The notes under the pieces: model-generated
The model's database searches: none
Told to the model about the DNA's origin: nothing
Seen by the model: the letters and a program-made list of their open reading frames with translations, nothing else
In this document: one piece after another, positions 18,661 to 27,681 of the stretch
Layout of the letters: every line of letters starts with the position of its first letter
Position numbering within the stretch: position 1 is the stretch's first letter
Program-made: the position numbers and the translations under genes
NCBI GenBank assembly: GCA_003161615.1
Contig: PMOB01000007.1
Location: 33,828 to 97,827, forward strand
Length of the DNA stretch: 64,000 bases
DNA from: Actinomycetota bacterium
Lineage (GTDB): Bacteria > Actinomycetota > Thermoleophilia > Gaiellales > Gaiellaceae
Direction: 5' to 3'

Positions 18661-19509
18661 ATGCGCGTCGGTGTCATCGACGTCGGCTCGAACACGACCC
18701 GCCTGCTTGTTGCGAGCGCCGGGCCTGATGGCGTCGTCCCGCTAGAAACCGAGAAGGTGCGCCTTTCGCTCGGCGGGGAGATCGAGCGCTTCGGCAGCGT
18801 CTCCGACGTTCACATCGTGGCCGCGGCCAAGGCAGTCCGCAAGATGGCCGCCACCGCGCGCCGTAATCGGGCGGTGTCGCTCGACGTCTTCCTCACGGCG
18901 CCCGGCCGCCAGGCTGCCAACGCGGCTGAGCTCGTCAGCGCCCTCTCCCGCGCCGCCGGAGTGCAGGCCCGCGTGCTCACGAAGGAGGAGGAGGGCACGC
19001 TCGCCTACCGCGGCGCCGTCCTCACCGCCGACATCGAGCTGCCCGAGCGGGTCGCCGTCTGTGACATCGGCGGCGCCTCGACCGAGGTCGCGATCGGCAA
19101 CCCGGGCGCCGAGCCGGACTGGATCGAGTCGGTCGACCTGGGTTCCGTCCGCCTGACTGCACGCGCCGGCCAGATGGCCGCTGAGGCCGCTGACGCGTTC
19201 CGGACGCTCGCGCCGCCGCACGTGGAAGCCGCGCTCGCAGTCGGCGGCAGCGCCCGCGCGACGCGCCGGCTCGTCGGCTCGAAGCTCGGTGAGCAGGAGC
19301 TGGCCGAGGCCTTGCGGCTCGTCGAGGCGAAGACGCCGCGGCAAATCTCCCGCCGCTTCGGCGTCGACCGCGCCCGCGCCGAGATCCTGCCCGCCGGAGT
19401 CGTCCTCCTCGCCGAGGTGCAGCGTCACCTGGGCGTCCCGCTCAACGTCTGCAACGGCGGCATCCGCGAGGGCGCCGTCCTCGCGTCGCTCGAAGCGCTC
19501 GCGGCTTAG
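18661..19509 (+). CDS. Ppx/GppA-family phosphatase (N-terminal ASKHA domains only)
   Basis: MRVGVIDVGSNTTRLLV..., CDIGGASTEV. Confidence 0.85.
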   Translation: MRVGVIDVGSNTTRLLVASAGPDGVVPLETEKVRLSLGGEIERFGSVSDVHIVAAAKAVRKMAATARRNRAVSLDVFLTAPGRQAANAAELVSALSRAAGVQARVLTKEEEGTLAYRGAVLTADIELPERVAVCDIGGASTEVAIGNPGAEPDWIESVDLGSVRLTARAGQMAAEAADAFRTLAPPHVEAALAVGGSARATRRLVGSKLGEQELAEALRLVEAKTPRQISRRFGVDRARAEILPAGVVLLAEVQRHLGVPLNVCNGGIREGAVLASLEALAA

Positions 19510-19516
19510 CTATCAG

Positions 19517-19951
19517 CTAGTCGGGACGCGGGATCTCGCGCGCGACGACGCCGTCGCGCAGGACTACCGACGCGGCTTTCTTCAGGCCGCGGCCGAGAAT
19601 GTCAAAGACCACATCGCCATGCGTGCACGCCGCGACGCCGTCCTCGCGCAGCAGCTCGACTGCCGCGCGGCCCGCTCCTTCCGCGAGTCGCACGTCGAGT
19701 TCGACCGCGACGCCGAGCGCCGCCGCGAGCGGCTCGACGGTCTCGACGCAGCGGACGTAAGGGCTCGAGACGACACGCCGCACCCCGAGCGGGAGAAGGA
19801 GCTCGATGAGAGCCGCCGCCTGCCGCCGGCCGCGCGTGTCGAGCGGCCGCAGCCGGTCGTCGCCGTCCCAGTCGCGCCGGTCGCCCGCCGAGGCATGACG
19901 GACGAGGACGCTCAGAGCGCCTTGCGCAGCTTCTTCCACGTCTCCGGCCAC
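19517..19951 (-). CDS. Histidine phosphatase family protein (SixA-like)
   Basis: LVRHASAG (RHG-type motif) ...VSSPYVRCVETV...CTHGDV. The start is uncertain because the ORF overlaps the upstream stop by 40 nt. Confidence 0.7.
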   Translation of the reverse strand: MAGDVEEAAQGALSVLVRHASAGDRRDWDGDDRLRPLDTRGRRQAAALIELLLPLGVRRVVSSPYVRCVETVEPLAAALGVAVELDVRLAEGAGRAAVELLREDGVAACTHGDVVFDILGRGLKKAASVVLRDGVVAREIPRPD

Positions 19952-21294
19952 GCGGCCCGGGCCTCTTCACGCCGCGTCTCCTCGCGCTCGATCAGCCGTC
20001 CCGCCGCCACGGCTTGCTCGGCCGTCCCGCGAGCTGCGAGCTCGCGGAGACGCTCGACGGCGACGACGGCGTCCTGGTGCTCGCCGAGGGCGTCCTGCAG
20101 CCGCTTCGCGCGCTGCACGACCTTGCTCTGACCCGCGAGCTCCGCGGCGTAGCGCGCCCGCTTGCCCTTCTTGCGCACCGCGTGGAGCTCGTCGTCGGCG
20201 GGATCCTGCGGCAGCTCACGCACGGCCTTCCGCAGCTTGCCCGCCGCCTTCGCCGCGAGCTCGTCAAGCGTGATGTCCGCACCGCTTGGCTGCAGCATCG
20301 CGATCGTCCGCTCCGTGTCGTCGAGGAGCGCGAGATAGGCGTCGGAGCGGAGCGTCGCAAGCAAGCGGCTCCGTTTGCGCGAGCGTTCGCTGCGCAGCGA
20401 CGCGAGGAGAGCCTTCGCTTGCTTCGCATCCTCGCCGGCGAGCTCGGCGGCCTCGCTGCCGAGCCGCTCGAGCAGGACGTCGAGGTCGCGGACGCCGCCG
20501 AGGACACCGCCGAGATCCTTGAGCCGGCCGTCGAGCTCGGAGGTGTCGGTGGCGACGAGATCCCGTCCCGCACGGAGAAGCGCGCGCAGACGGCGGACGC
20601 CGACGCGCATGTCGTGGAGGCTCTCCGGATCGCGGCCGAGCCGCGTCCCGGGATCGTGCCGCTCGATCTCGCGCAGCTGCTCGCGCAGGCGCGAGCGCAG
20701 AGCCGCGAAGGGAGAATCGGCGCCGGGCTCGGCGTTGGGGTCGTAGTCGAGCGCCCGGAAGAGCTTCGGCAAGCCGTGCCCCTCCTCCGCCCCGGCCTCC
20801 GCGAGCTCTTTCGCGAGTGCGTTCAGTTGACCCGGGCTGCCGGCCCGCAGCTCGACCTCGACCTCGACGAACCGGTCGCGGACGCGACGCGCGTCCATCA
20901 CGGCGACCTCGTCCACCGTCACCTCGGCGGTCGTCCCGTCGCGTGCTACGAGCTCGCCGCGCCGGCGTGTCCGCAGCTCGGCGACCTTCTCCAGCGGCCC
21001 GTGGCGGAGGTGCGCCTGCAAGAGCTCGAGCAGTTCCTTCGGCGGCCTCGCTGGCCGACCTTCCACCTCGAGCTCGAGCCGGAAATCGTCCGAGGGAAGC
21101 TTCAGCTGCCAGACGCTGCGGCCGTGCTCGGTGCGCCGCCGAAGTGTGATCCCCACGGCCGCGAGCGAGCCGCCGGGGACGTCGTAGTAGACGGAGGTGA
21201 AGACGCGCGACTCGAGCGGGCTGCCGCCGAGCTCGGGAAGCCGGAAGCCAACCGGCGCGTCGAGCTTCCGCTCGTACTCGGCCGTGGCGCGCAT
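19912..21294 (-). CDS. CYTH (triphosphate tunnel) + CHAD domain protein
   Basis: Starts MRATAEYERKLD. The CYTH ExExK-type N-terminus is followed by helical CHAD repeats (HDMRVGVRRLRALLR, LHAVRKKGKRARY). Confidence 0.85.
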   Translation of the reverse strand: MRATAEYERKLDAPVGFRLPELGGSPLESRVFTSVYYDVPGGSLAAVGITLRRRTEHGRSVWQLKLPSDDFRLELEVEGRPARPPKELLELLQAHLRHGPLEKVAELRTRRRGELVARDGTTAEVTVDEVAVMDARRVRDRFVEVEVELRAGSPGQLNALAKELAEAGAEEGHGLPKLFRALDYDPNAEPGADSPFAALRSRLREQLREIERHDPGTRLGRDPESLHDMRVGVRRLRALLRAGRDLVATDTSELDGRLKDLGGVLGGVRDLDVLLERLGSEAAELAGEDAKQAKALLASLRSERSRKRSRLLATLRSDAYLALLDDTERTIAMLQPSGADITLDELAAKAAGKLRKAVRELPQDPADDELHAVRKKGKRARYAAELAGQSKVVQRAKRLQDALGEHQDAVVAVERLRELAARGTAEQAVAAGRLIEREETRREEARAAWPETWKKLRKAL

Positions 21295-21298
21295 AGGG

Positions 21299-21344
21299 CG
21301 ACGATACCGGCGCGACCCAGACTCGAGGCGCGCCGGTATCGTCG
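21299..21344. promoter_or_regulatory. 16-bp perfect inverted repeat filling a divergent intergenic region
   Basis: CGACGATACCGGCGCG, a 14-nt spacer, then CGCGCCGGTATCGTCG. It lies between ATG 21294 (-) and ATG 21352 (+). Confidence 0.4.
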
Positions 21345-21351
21345 TGGCAGG

Positions 21352-21768
21352 ATGGCCGACTGGAACGAGCAGATCATCGAGGAGTTCCACTCGAACGAAG
21401 GACGCGTCGGCGGACCGTTCGAGGGCCGCACACTCCTTCTTCTCCACCATCGCGGCGCCAAGACCGGTACGGAGCGGGTCAACCCGCTCGCCTACCAGCG
21501 ACTGTCGGACGACTCCGTCGCGGTGTTCGCGTCGGCCGGCGGCGCGCCGAAGACCCCCGACTGGTTCCACAACCTCGTCGCGAATCCCGACGTCACGGTC
21601 GAGATCGGCACGGAGACGTTCCCCGCGCGGGCGCATGTCGCGGACGAGGGCGAGCGCGAGCCGATCTGGGAACGGCAGAAGCGTGAGTGGCCCGGCTTCG
21701 CCGACTACGAGGTGAAAACAGCGGGGATCAGGGAGATTCCCGTCGTCGTGCTCGACCTCGCTGCCTAG
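21352..21768 (+). CDS. Deazaflavin (F420)-dependent nitroreductase-family protein (Ddn/DUF385-like)
   Basis: WNEQIIEEFHSNEGRVGGPFEG..LLLLHHRGAKTGTERVNPL...PDWFHNLVANPDVTVE. Confidence 0.8.
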   Translation: MADWNEQIIEEFHSNEGRVGGPFEGRTLLLLHHRGAKTGTERVNPLAYQRLSDDSVAVFASAGGAPKTPDWFHNLVANPDVTVEIGTETFPARAHVADEGEREPIWERQKREWPGFADYEVKTAGIREIPVVVLDLAA

Positions 21769-23318
21769 AGCACCGGGCGGTGCCGCTCGACGATGGCGGC
21801 GACGTCGATCATGCGCGGGAGCGTCCCGTAGGCCGAGCCCGTCCGCGCGCGGAAGGCGTCCGCAACCGCCGCCGGAGCGTGGCGGATGAGGAGCGAAGCC
21901 TGTAGAGCGAGTGCGAGCCGCTCCACCGCGTACCGGGCGCCCGCCTCGTCCGCCTCGGCGGCCGCCTGCTCGGCGGCGTTGCTTAGGTCGGCATCGCCGG
22001 CGAGTGCGATCTCGCCGAGCAGCGCCTCGAGCGACTCCGGCTCCCGCTGCAGCGCACGGAGGACGTCGAGACAGACGACGTTCCCGGATCCTTCCCAGAT
22101 CGACTGGAGCGGCTGCTGCCGGTAGAGCCGCGGCATGCCGGACTCCTCGACATAACCGTTGCCGCCGAGACATTCGAGCGCTTCCGCTGCGTGGCCGGGG
22201 CCGCGCTTGCAGACCCAGTACTTCGCAATCGCCGTCGCGATCCGGGCGAACGCCGCTTCGCGCGCGTCCGTCGCGCGCCGGTCGTAGGCGCGTGCGAGAC
22301 GCAGCGCCGTCACCGTCGCAGCCTCGGACTCGACACAGAGGTCGGCGAGGACGTTCTGCATCAACGGCTGCTCGACGAGTAGCGCGCCGAACGCCGCCCG
22401 GTGCGCGGCGTGGTGCGTCGCGTGCTCGACCGCCTGCCGCATCGCCGCCGCCGTCCCGAGCACGCAGTCGAGCCGCGTCTGGACGACCATCTCGACGATC
22501 GTCCGGACTCCGCGTCCCTCCTCGCCGACGAGCCGCGCCAACGCTCCCTCAAGCTCGATCTCACTCGAGGCGTTCGAGCGGTCGCCGAGCTTGTCCTTCA
22601 GTCGCTGGATGTGGAAGCCCTCCCCGCGCGGCATCAGGAAGCAGGAGAGTCCGCCTGGCGCCTGCGCGAGAACGAGGAAGATTTCGCTCATCGGCGCCGA
22701 GCAGAACCACTTCGCGCCGTCGAGCGCGTACTCGTCGCCGCCGACCGGCCGTGCGGAAGTCGTGTTGACGCGGACGTCCGAGCCGCCCTGCCGCTCGGTC
22801 ATCGCCATCCCGCAGAGCGCGCCCTCGCCGTAGGCCGTCGACGTGAGGAGCGGCTCCCACTCGGCCGCGAGCTGGGGCGCGGCGGTGCGCAGCGCCGGCA
22901 CTGCCGCGTGCGTCATCGAGACAGGACAGCCGTGTCCCGCCTCCACCTGGCCGGCCAGCATGAAGAGCGCGGCGCGCGCGACGTGCGCGCCTTCGCGCTC
23001 CTCCGTCCACGAGAGCGAGTGGAGGCCGTGCGCGAGCGAGAGCCGCATCAGCTCGTGCCACGCGGGATGGAACTCGACCTCGTCGATGCGCTCGCCGTAG
23101 CGGTCGTGCGTGCGCAGCTTCGGCGGGTTCTCGTTCGCGAGCCTCCCCCACTCGAGCGGCTCGCCCGTGAGGATCCGGCCGAAGCTCGAGCACCGCTCGG
23201 CCGCCCAGCCGGCGCCCTCGCGCTCGAGCGCCTCCAGGAGGGGACGGTTGCACTCGAAGAGGTCGTGCCCCGCGAGCGGCGGCACCTGGTTCGCGGCCGA
23301 CGACGGGATCGTCGCCAT
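21765..23318 (-). CDS. Acyl-CoA dehydrogenase family protein (AidB-like)
   Basis: 517 aa; ...THDRYGERIDEVEFHPAWHELM..., MTERQGGSDV, IWEGSGNV. Confidence 0.85.
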   Translation of the reverse strand: MATIPSSAANQVPPLAGHDLFECNRPLLEALEREGAGWAAERCSSFGRILTGEPLEWGRLANENPPKLRTHDRYGERIDEVEFHPAWHELMRLSLAHGLHSLSWTEEREGAHVARAALFMLAGQVEAGHGCPVSMTHAAVPALRTAAPQLAAEWEPLLTSTAYGEGALCGMAMTERQGGSDVRVNTTSARPVGGDEYALDGAKWFCSAPMSEIFLVLAQAPGGLSCFLMPRGEGFHIQRLKDKLGDRSNASSEIELEGALARLVGEEGRGVRTIVEMVVQTRLDCVLGTAAAMRQAVEHATHHAAHRAAFGALLVEQPLMQNVLADLCVESEAATVTALRLARAYDRRATDAREAAFARIATAIAKYWVCKRGPGHAAEALECLGGNGYVEESGMPRLYRQQPLQSIWEGSGNVVCLDVLRALQREPESLEALLGEIALAGDADLSNAAEQAAAEADEAGARYAVERLALALQASLLIRHAPAAVADAFRARTGSAYGTLPRMIDVAAIVERHRPVL

Positions 23319-23340
23319 ACGAAAACCTTACGGGCCGCAG

Positions 23341-25166
23341 GTGTTTGGCGCGCCGGCCGTGGGTACGCCACGGATCGTGCTTCGCCCGGTCTCGAGGCTG
23401 CTGGCTCTGCTTCTCCTCCTTGCGCTGGCCGGAGCGGCCGCCGCACAGGCCAAGACGCGGCCGACGCTCGCGCAGCTCGCCGCGAAGAAGCTCGGCCTCA
23501 CCTGCGCGAAGGTCACGACGGCGGACAAGGTCTCGTACGAGAAGTGCACGGGCCAGATCGCGACCTTCGACGGGCTCGGCCTCGACACCGACGTCTCCAT
23601 CCCGCTCGGCGCGAGTAAGGCGCGCCCGGCCCTCGTGATGCTGCACGGCTGGTCGCAGGACAAGACCTACTGGGAAGCCGCGACGAAGGCCGGCAACGGC
23701 GCCGACACATGGCACTGGAACAACGTCTTCTTCGTCGCGAAGGGCTGGGTCGTCGTCAACTACACGGCGCGCGGCTTCCAGCAGTCCTGCGGGATGACCG
23801 ACCAGGACTCGAACTGCACGCCGAACGGCTACACGCATCTCGCAGACCGGCGCTTCGAGACGTGGGACACGCAGACGCTGCTCGGGAAGCTCGTCGACGC
23901 CGGCATCGCGAAGCGGCGCGAGCTCGCCTCCACCGGTGACTCGTACGGCGGCGGGCAGACCTGGCTGCTGGCCACCTCGCTGCCGTGGAAGAGCCCGAAG
24001 GGCGTCCGGCTCCAGCTCGCCGCCGGGGTGGCGAAGTACCCATGGACGGACCTGCTCGGCTCGCTCGCGCCGAACGGCCGGGCCACGCCTGCAGTCAAGC
24101 AGCCTGCGCAGCCGAATTACCCGTACGGGATCGCGAAGGAGAGCTACATCTCCGGCCTTTGGGCGGTCGGGCGGGCGGAGGCGAACGGCCGCTATGACGC
24201 GAACCCGACCGACTACGGCACGAATCTCGACTCGCAACTCGAGCGCGTCCAGCAGGGCGAGCCGTACGACCCGAGCACCGATCCAGGGCTCAAGGCGACG
24301 ATCGACTCGTTCACGTACCGCTCCGCGTATGACGCGACCGCGTACTTCAAGCGGTGCCGGTGCTCTCGATCCAGGGCTGGACGGACCCGCTGTTCCCCGT
24401 GGTGCAGACGCTCCAGATGTTCCGCAAGCTGAAGGCGGCAGATCCCGGCTACCCGATCCAGATGGTGTTCGGCGACATCGGCCATTCGAACGCCCAGAAC
24501 CCGTCCTGGCAGTGGCGACCGATCAACGCGCAGGCGTACCGGTTCCTCGCAGCGCACGTTCTCGGGAAGACGAGCCTCGCGCCGCGGGCGCAGGCGTCGT
24601 CGTTCCAGACCGAGTGCGCCGGTACTGCTCACCCGGCGCCGACCACCGGAGCCTGGGGATCGCTCGCGACCGGAACGGTGGAGCTGGCGTCGACCACGGC
24701 GGCGACGACGACGTCGGCCGCCCCCAACCCTGCCGACGGCGCGGCGAGCGATCCGATCGCGAACAGCGGCTGCCTCCACGAGGACGCGAACACGACCGAT
24801 CCGGGCGCCGCCTACTACACGTTCGCCAACCCCAAAGCGACGCATCTGCTGGGACTCCCGACGCTGAGCCTCGCCTATGCACTGACCGGGCAGGACGCCA
24901 CCGTCGCGTTCAAGCTCTGGGACGAGGCGCCGGACGGCTCGAAGACGCTCGTCACGCGCGGCGAGTACCGCCTCTCGACCGCGGCCGGCGACAAGGCCGC
25001 CGGCAATCTGAACACGTACCTCTACGGCAACGACTGGGTCTTCCCGGCCGGCGACAAGATCGTCCTCCAGGTGACGCAGAACGACGCTCCGTACCTACGC
25101 CCGGACAACGAGCCGTCGTCGATCGCCTGGTCGAAGGTCACGCTGAACCTGCCGACGCGCGGTTAG
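23341..25166 (+). pseudogene. Secreted alpha/beta hydrolase of the CocE/NonD (S15 X-Pro dipeptidyl-peptidase) type, interrupted by a 1-nt frameshift near 24351
   Basis: Signal-like N-terminus and the nucleophile motif GDSYGG. The reading frame switches between ...ATAYFKR (23110-frame ORF) and VPVLSIQGWTDPLFP (24354-frame ORF). Confidence 0.7.
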
Positions 25167-25228
25167 TGAGAGGTTGCGAGCTCACAGCGCATGAGATTCG
25201 GGCGTAAGTAGTTTCCCGCAACGTTTAG

Positions 25229-27214
25229 GTGGTGTTCGCGGCGTCCCTCGTCGCGGCTTCGGACGATCCTTCGCGGGTGGCGACGGTTCATCCCAAGCAT
25301 GGTGCGAATGGTCTGGCTCCGCGGTCATCGGATTCGGTTCGGACCCAGCCGGGCCGTGCCGCGGTCGACAGGGCGGAGCAGTTGGCCCGCACCGGTACCT
25401 GGGAGTGGGATCTCGAGTCCGACGAGCTGATCTGGTCGGAGAACATGTACCGCCTGCTCGGTGTCCAGCCGGGCGAGGTCACGCCGTCGCCGGAGTATGT
25501 GTTGTCGCGGATGCATTCCGCCGACCGGGACCGGGTTGCGGGGGAGCTCGACGCGGCGCGGCGGGACGGCCGATTGCCGAACGTGACATATCGGATTACT
25601 CGGCCCGATGGCGGCGTCCGCTGGCTGCGCTCGCTCTCCGAGCTTGCCGAGACGAAGGACGGGCACCCCTTGCGCATGGTTGGCGCTGTGCAGGACGTCA
25701 CCGAGCTTGTGGAGGCGCAGCGCGCGACGGCCGAATCGTTGACGCTCGTCGAGGCGCTGCAGGAGAGCGCGCCGATCGGGTTTGCCTTGGTCGACCGTGA
25801 GCTGCGCGTCGTGCGGATGAACCGCGTTCTGGCCGAGATCAACGGCGCGCCGGTCGAGGAGCAGATCGGCCGGCCCGTCGCCGAGCTGGTTCCGGATATC
25901 TGGTCGCAGATGGAGGCCGTGTATCGGCGCGTGCTCGACACGGGCGAGGCGGTGGTCAACCTGGAGGTTGATCGTGTGCGGGCGTTGACGCAGGATCGCC
26001 GGCACTGGCTGGCCAGCTATTACCCCGTGGTGGTCGACGACGAGGTCATCGGCGTGGGGGTGGTTGTGACGGACGTGACCGAGCGCGCGGAGGCCGAACA
26101 CTTCCGCTCGACGATGATGGACACGATGGTCGAGGGCCTCTATGCCCTGGACGACGAAGGTCGTGTCGCCTTCATGAACTCTGCTGCAGAGCGCATCCTC
26201 GGGTGGACCGAGGACGAGCTGCGCGGCAAGCCGCTGCACGACATCGTCCATTTCCAGCATGCAGACGGATCGCCTCATCCGGCGGAGGACTGCCCGCTGC
26301 TGCGGGTCCGCCAGCAGGGCAAGCCCACGCGGAGGAGCAACGAGGCGTTCACGCGCAAGGACGGGACGATCTGTCCTGTTTCCTACTCGGCCGCGCCGCT
26401 GCGCAACGGCTGGAAGGCCAACGGGGTCGTGGTCGTCTTCCGCGACACGAGCGATGAGCAGGATGAGCAAGAGCGGATCCGTCGCGAACTCGACACACTT
26501 GCATGGGTCGGACGGATCAGGGATGCCATCGACGAGGACCGGCTGGTGCTCTTCTCGCAGCCGATCATTCCTCTTGCCGGGGGGCAGCCTGGTCAGGAGC
26601 TTTTGCTGCGGATGATCGGCGCCAACGGCGAAGTCATCGCGCCCGGCAGCTTCCTGCCGGTGGCCGAGAAGTTCGGGATGATCGCCGAGATCGACCGCTG
26701 GGTGATCAGCCAGGCCGCCCGCATCGCCGGGAGCGGCCAACGCGTCGAAGCCAACCTCTCCGCGGACTCGATCAGCGACCTCAGCCTGCTGGCCTTCATC
26801 GAACACGAGCTGCGCGACGCCGGCGCGGAACCCGCGAACCTCGTCTTCGAGATCACAGAAACCGCCCTTACGAAGGATCTAGAAGCCGGAAAGGCTTTCA
26901 TCACCGGGCTCACGGACATCGGCTGCCGCGTTGCCCTCGACGACTTCGGCACCGGGTTCGCCAGCTTTACGTACCTCAAGACCTTCAACCTCGCATATCT
27001 GAAGATCGACGTTGACTTCGTGCAGAACCTGCCCGCCGACACGTCCAACCAGCACCTCGTCAGAGGCATCGCACGGCTGGCCAAGGACTTCGGCTACGAG
27101 ACGATCGCCGAGGGCGTCGAGGACGCAGAGACCCTGGCCATGCTCGTCGATTACGGCGTCGACTTCGCCCAGGGCTTCCACACCGGCCGCCCGTTGCAAA
27201 CCACCAGCTCCTAA
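25229..27214 (+). CDS. Multi-PAS sensor protein with an EAL (c-di-GMP phosphodiesterase) domain
   Basis: Repeated PAS/PAC units (WEWDL..., ...DVTE...). EAL domain with QELLLRM, EITE, DDFGTGFAS, KIDVDF, EGVE. Confidence 0.85.
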   Translation: MVFAASLVAASDDPSRVATVHPKHGANGLAPRSSDSVRTQPGRAAVDRAEQLARTGTWEWDLESDELIWSENMYRLLGVQPGEVTPSPEYVLSRMHSADRDRVAGELDAARRDGRLPNVTYRITRPDGGVRWLRSLSELAETKDGHPLRMVGAVQDVTELVEAQRATAESLTLVEALQESAPIGFALVDRELRVVRMNRVLAEINGAPVEEQIGRPVAELVPDIWSQMEAVYRRVLDTGEAVVNLEVDRVRALTQDRRHWLASYYPVVVDDEVIGVGVVVTDVTERAEAEHFRSTMMDTMVEGLYALDDEGRVAFMNSAAERILGWTEDELRGKPLHDIVHFQHADGSPHPAEDCPLLRVRQQGKPTRRSNEAFTRKDGTICPVSYSAAPLRNGWKANGVVVVFRDTSDEQDEQERIRRELDTLAWVGRIRDAIDEDRLVLFSQPIIPLAGGQPGQELLLRMIGANGEVIAPGSFLPVAEKFGMIAEIDRWVISQAARIAGSGQRVEANLSADSISDLSLLAFIEHELRDAGAEPANLVFEITETALTKDLEAGKAFITGLTDIGCRVALDDFGTGFASFTYLKTFNLAYLKIDVDFVQNLPADTSNQHLVRGIARLAKDFGYETIAEGVEDAETLAMLVDYGVDFAQGFHTGRPLQTTSS

Positions 27215-27287
27215 GGTGCTCTCACCACGAGTCAGACCGAATTGGCCTCCGGCCGATGCCCTACTTCTTGAAGAGCTACAACAGGAA

Positions 27288-27360
27288 TGGAGCTAGTCGG
27301 ACTCGAACCGACGACCTCCTGGGTGCGATCCAGGCGCTCTCCCAACTGAGCTATAGCCCC
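27288..27360 (-). tRNA. tRNA-Ala (anticodon CGC)
   Basis: The reverse complement GGGGCTATAGCTCAGTTGGGAGAGCGCCTGGATCGCACCCAGGAGGTCGTCGGTTCGAGTCCGACTAGCTCCA folds as a cloverleaf. G3:U70 is present. CCA is not encoded. Confidence 0.9.
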
Positions 27361-27373
27361 GCGGCGGCGAAGT

Positions 27374-27646
27374 CTAGCCGCGCTTTTCGTTCAGCTTGCC
27401 GTCCCGGATCGTCCGCTCCATGTCCTTCGACTGCTCGCGGTACCAGCTCCCATCCTCGAACTGGATGTCCGGATAAAGGCGCTGTCCCGTGCCGTCGAAA
27501 ACGGCTTCACGCTTCGCCTTGCCGAGCGGCCCGGGGACGCGCTCGTACTCGATGCCCATGTCCATGAGCGCCTTCTCGACCCGCCAGCAAGGGTGTCCTT
27601 TGATCTTCACCCACTGGCTCGAGCAACGGTGGAGCTTCACAGCCAT
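27374..27646 (-). CDS. Glutaredoxin/GST-N-like thioredoxin-fold protein
   Basis: 90 aa; KGHPCWRVEKALMDMGIEYERV...GQRLYPDIQFEDGSWYRE. Confidence 0.65.
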   Translation of the reverse strand: MAVKLHRCSSQWVKIKGHPCWRVEKALMDMGIEYERVPGPLGKAKREAVFDGTGQRLYPDIQFEDGSWYREQSKDMERTIRDGKLNEKRG

Positions 27647-27681
27647 GGTGCCTCCTCGTTTGGGGGACCTACGATACGCCC

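Noticed and set aside
21295-22173. The N-terminal extension of ORF 19912..22173(-).
   Set aside because: It runs antisense through the Ddn-like and acyl-CoA dehydrogenase genes. The CYTH domain begins at MRATAEYERKLD (ATG 21294).
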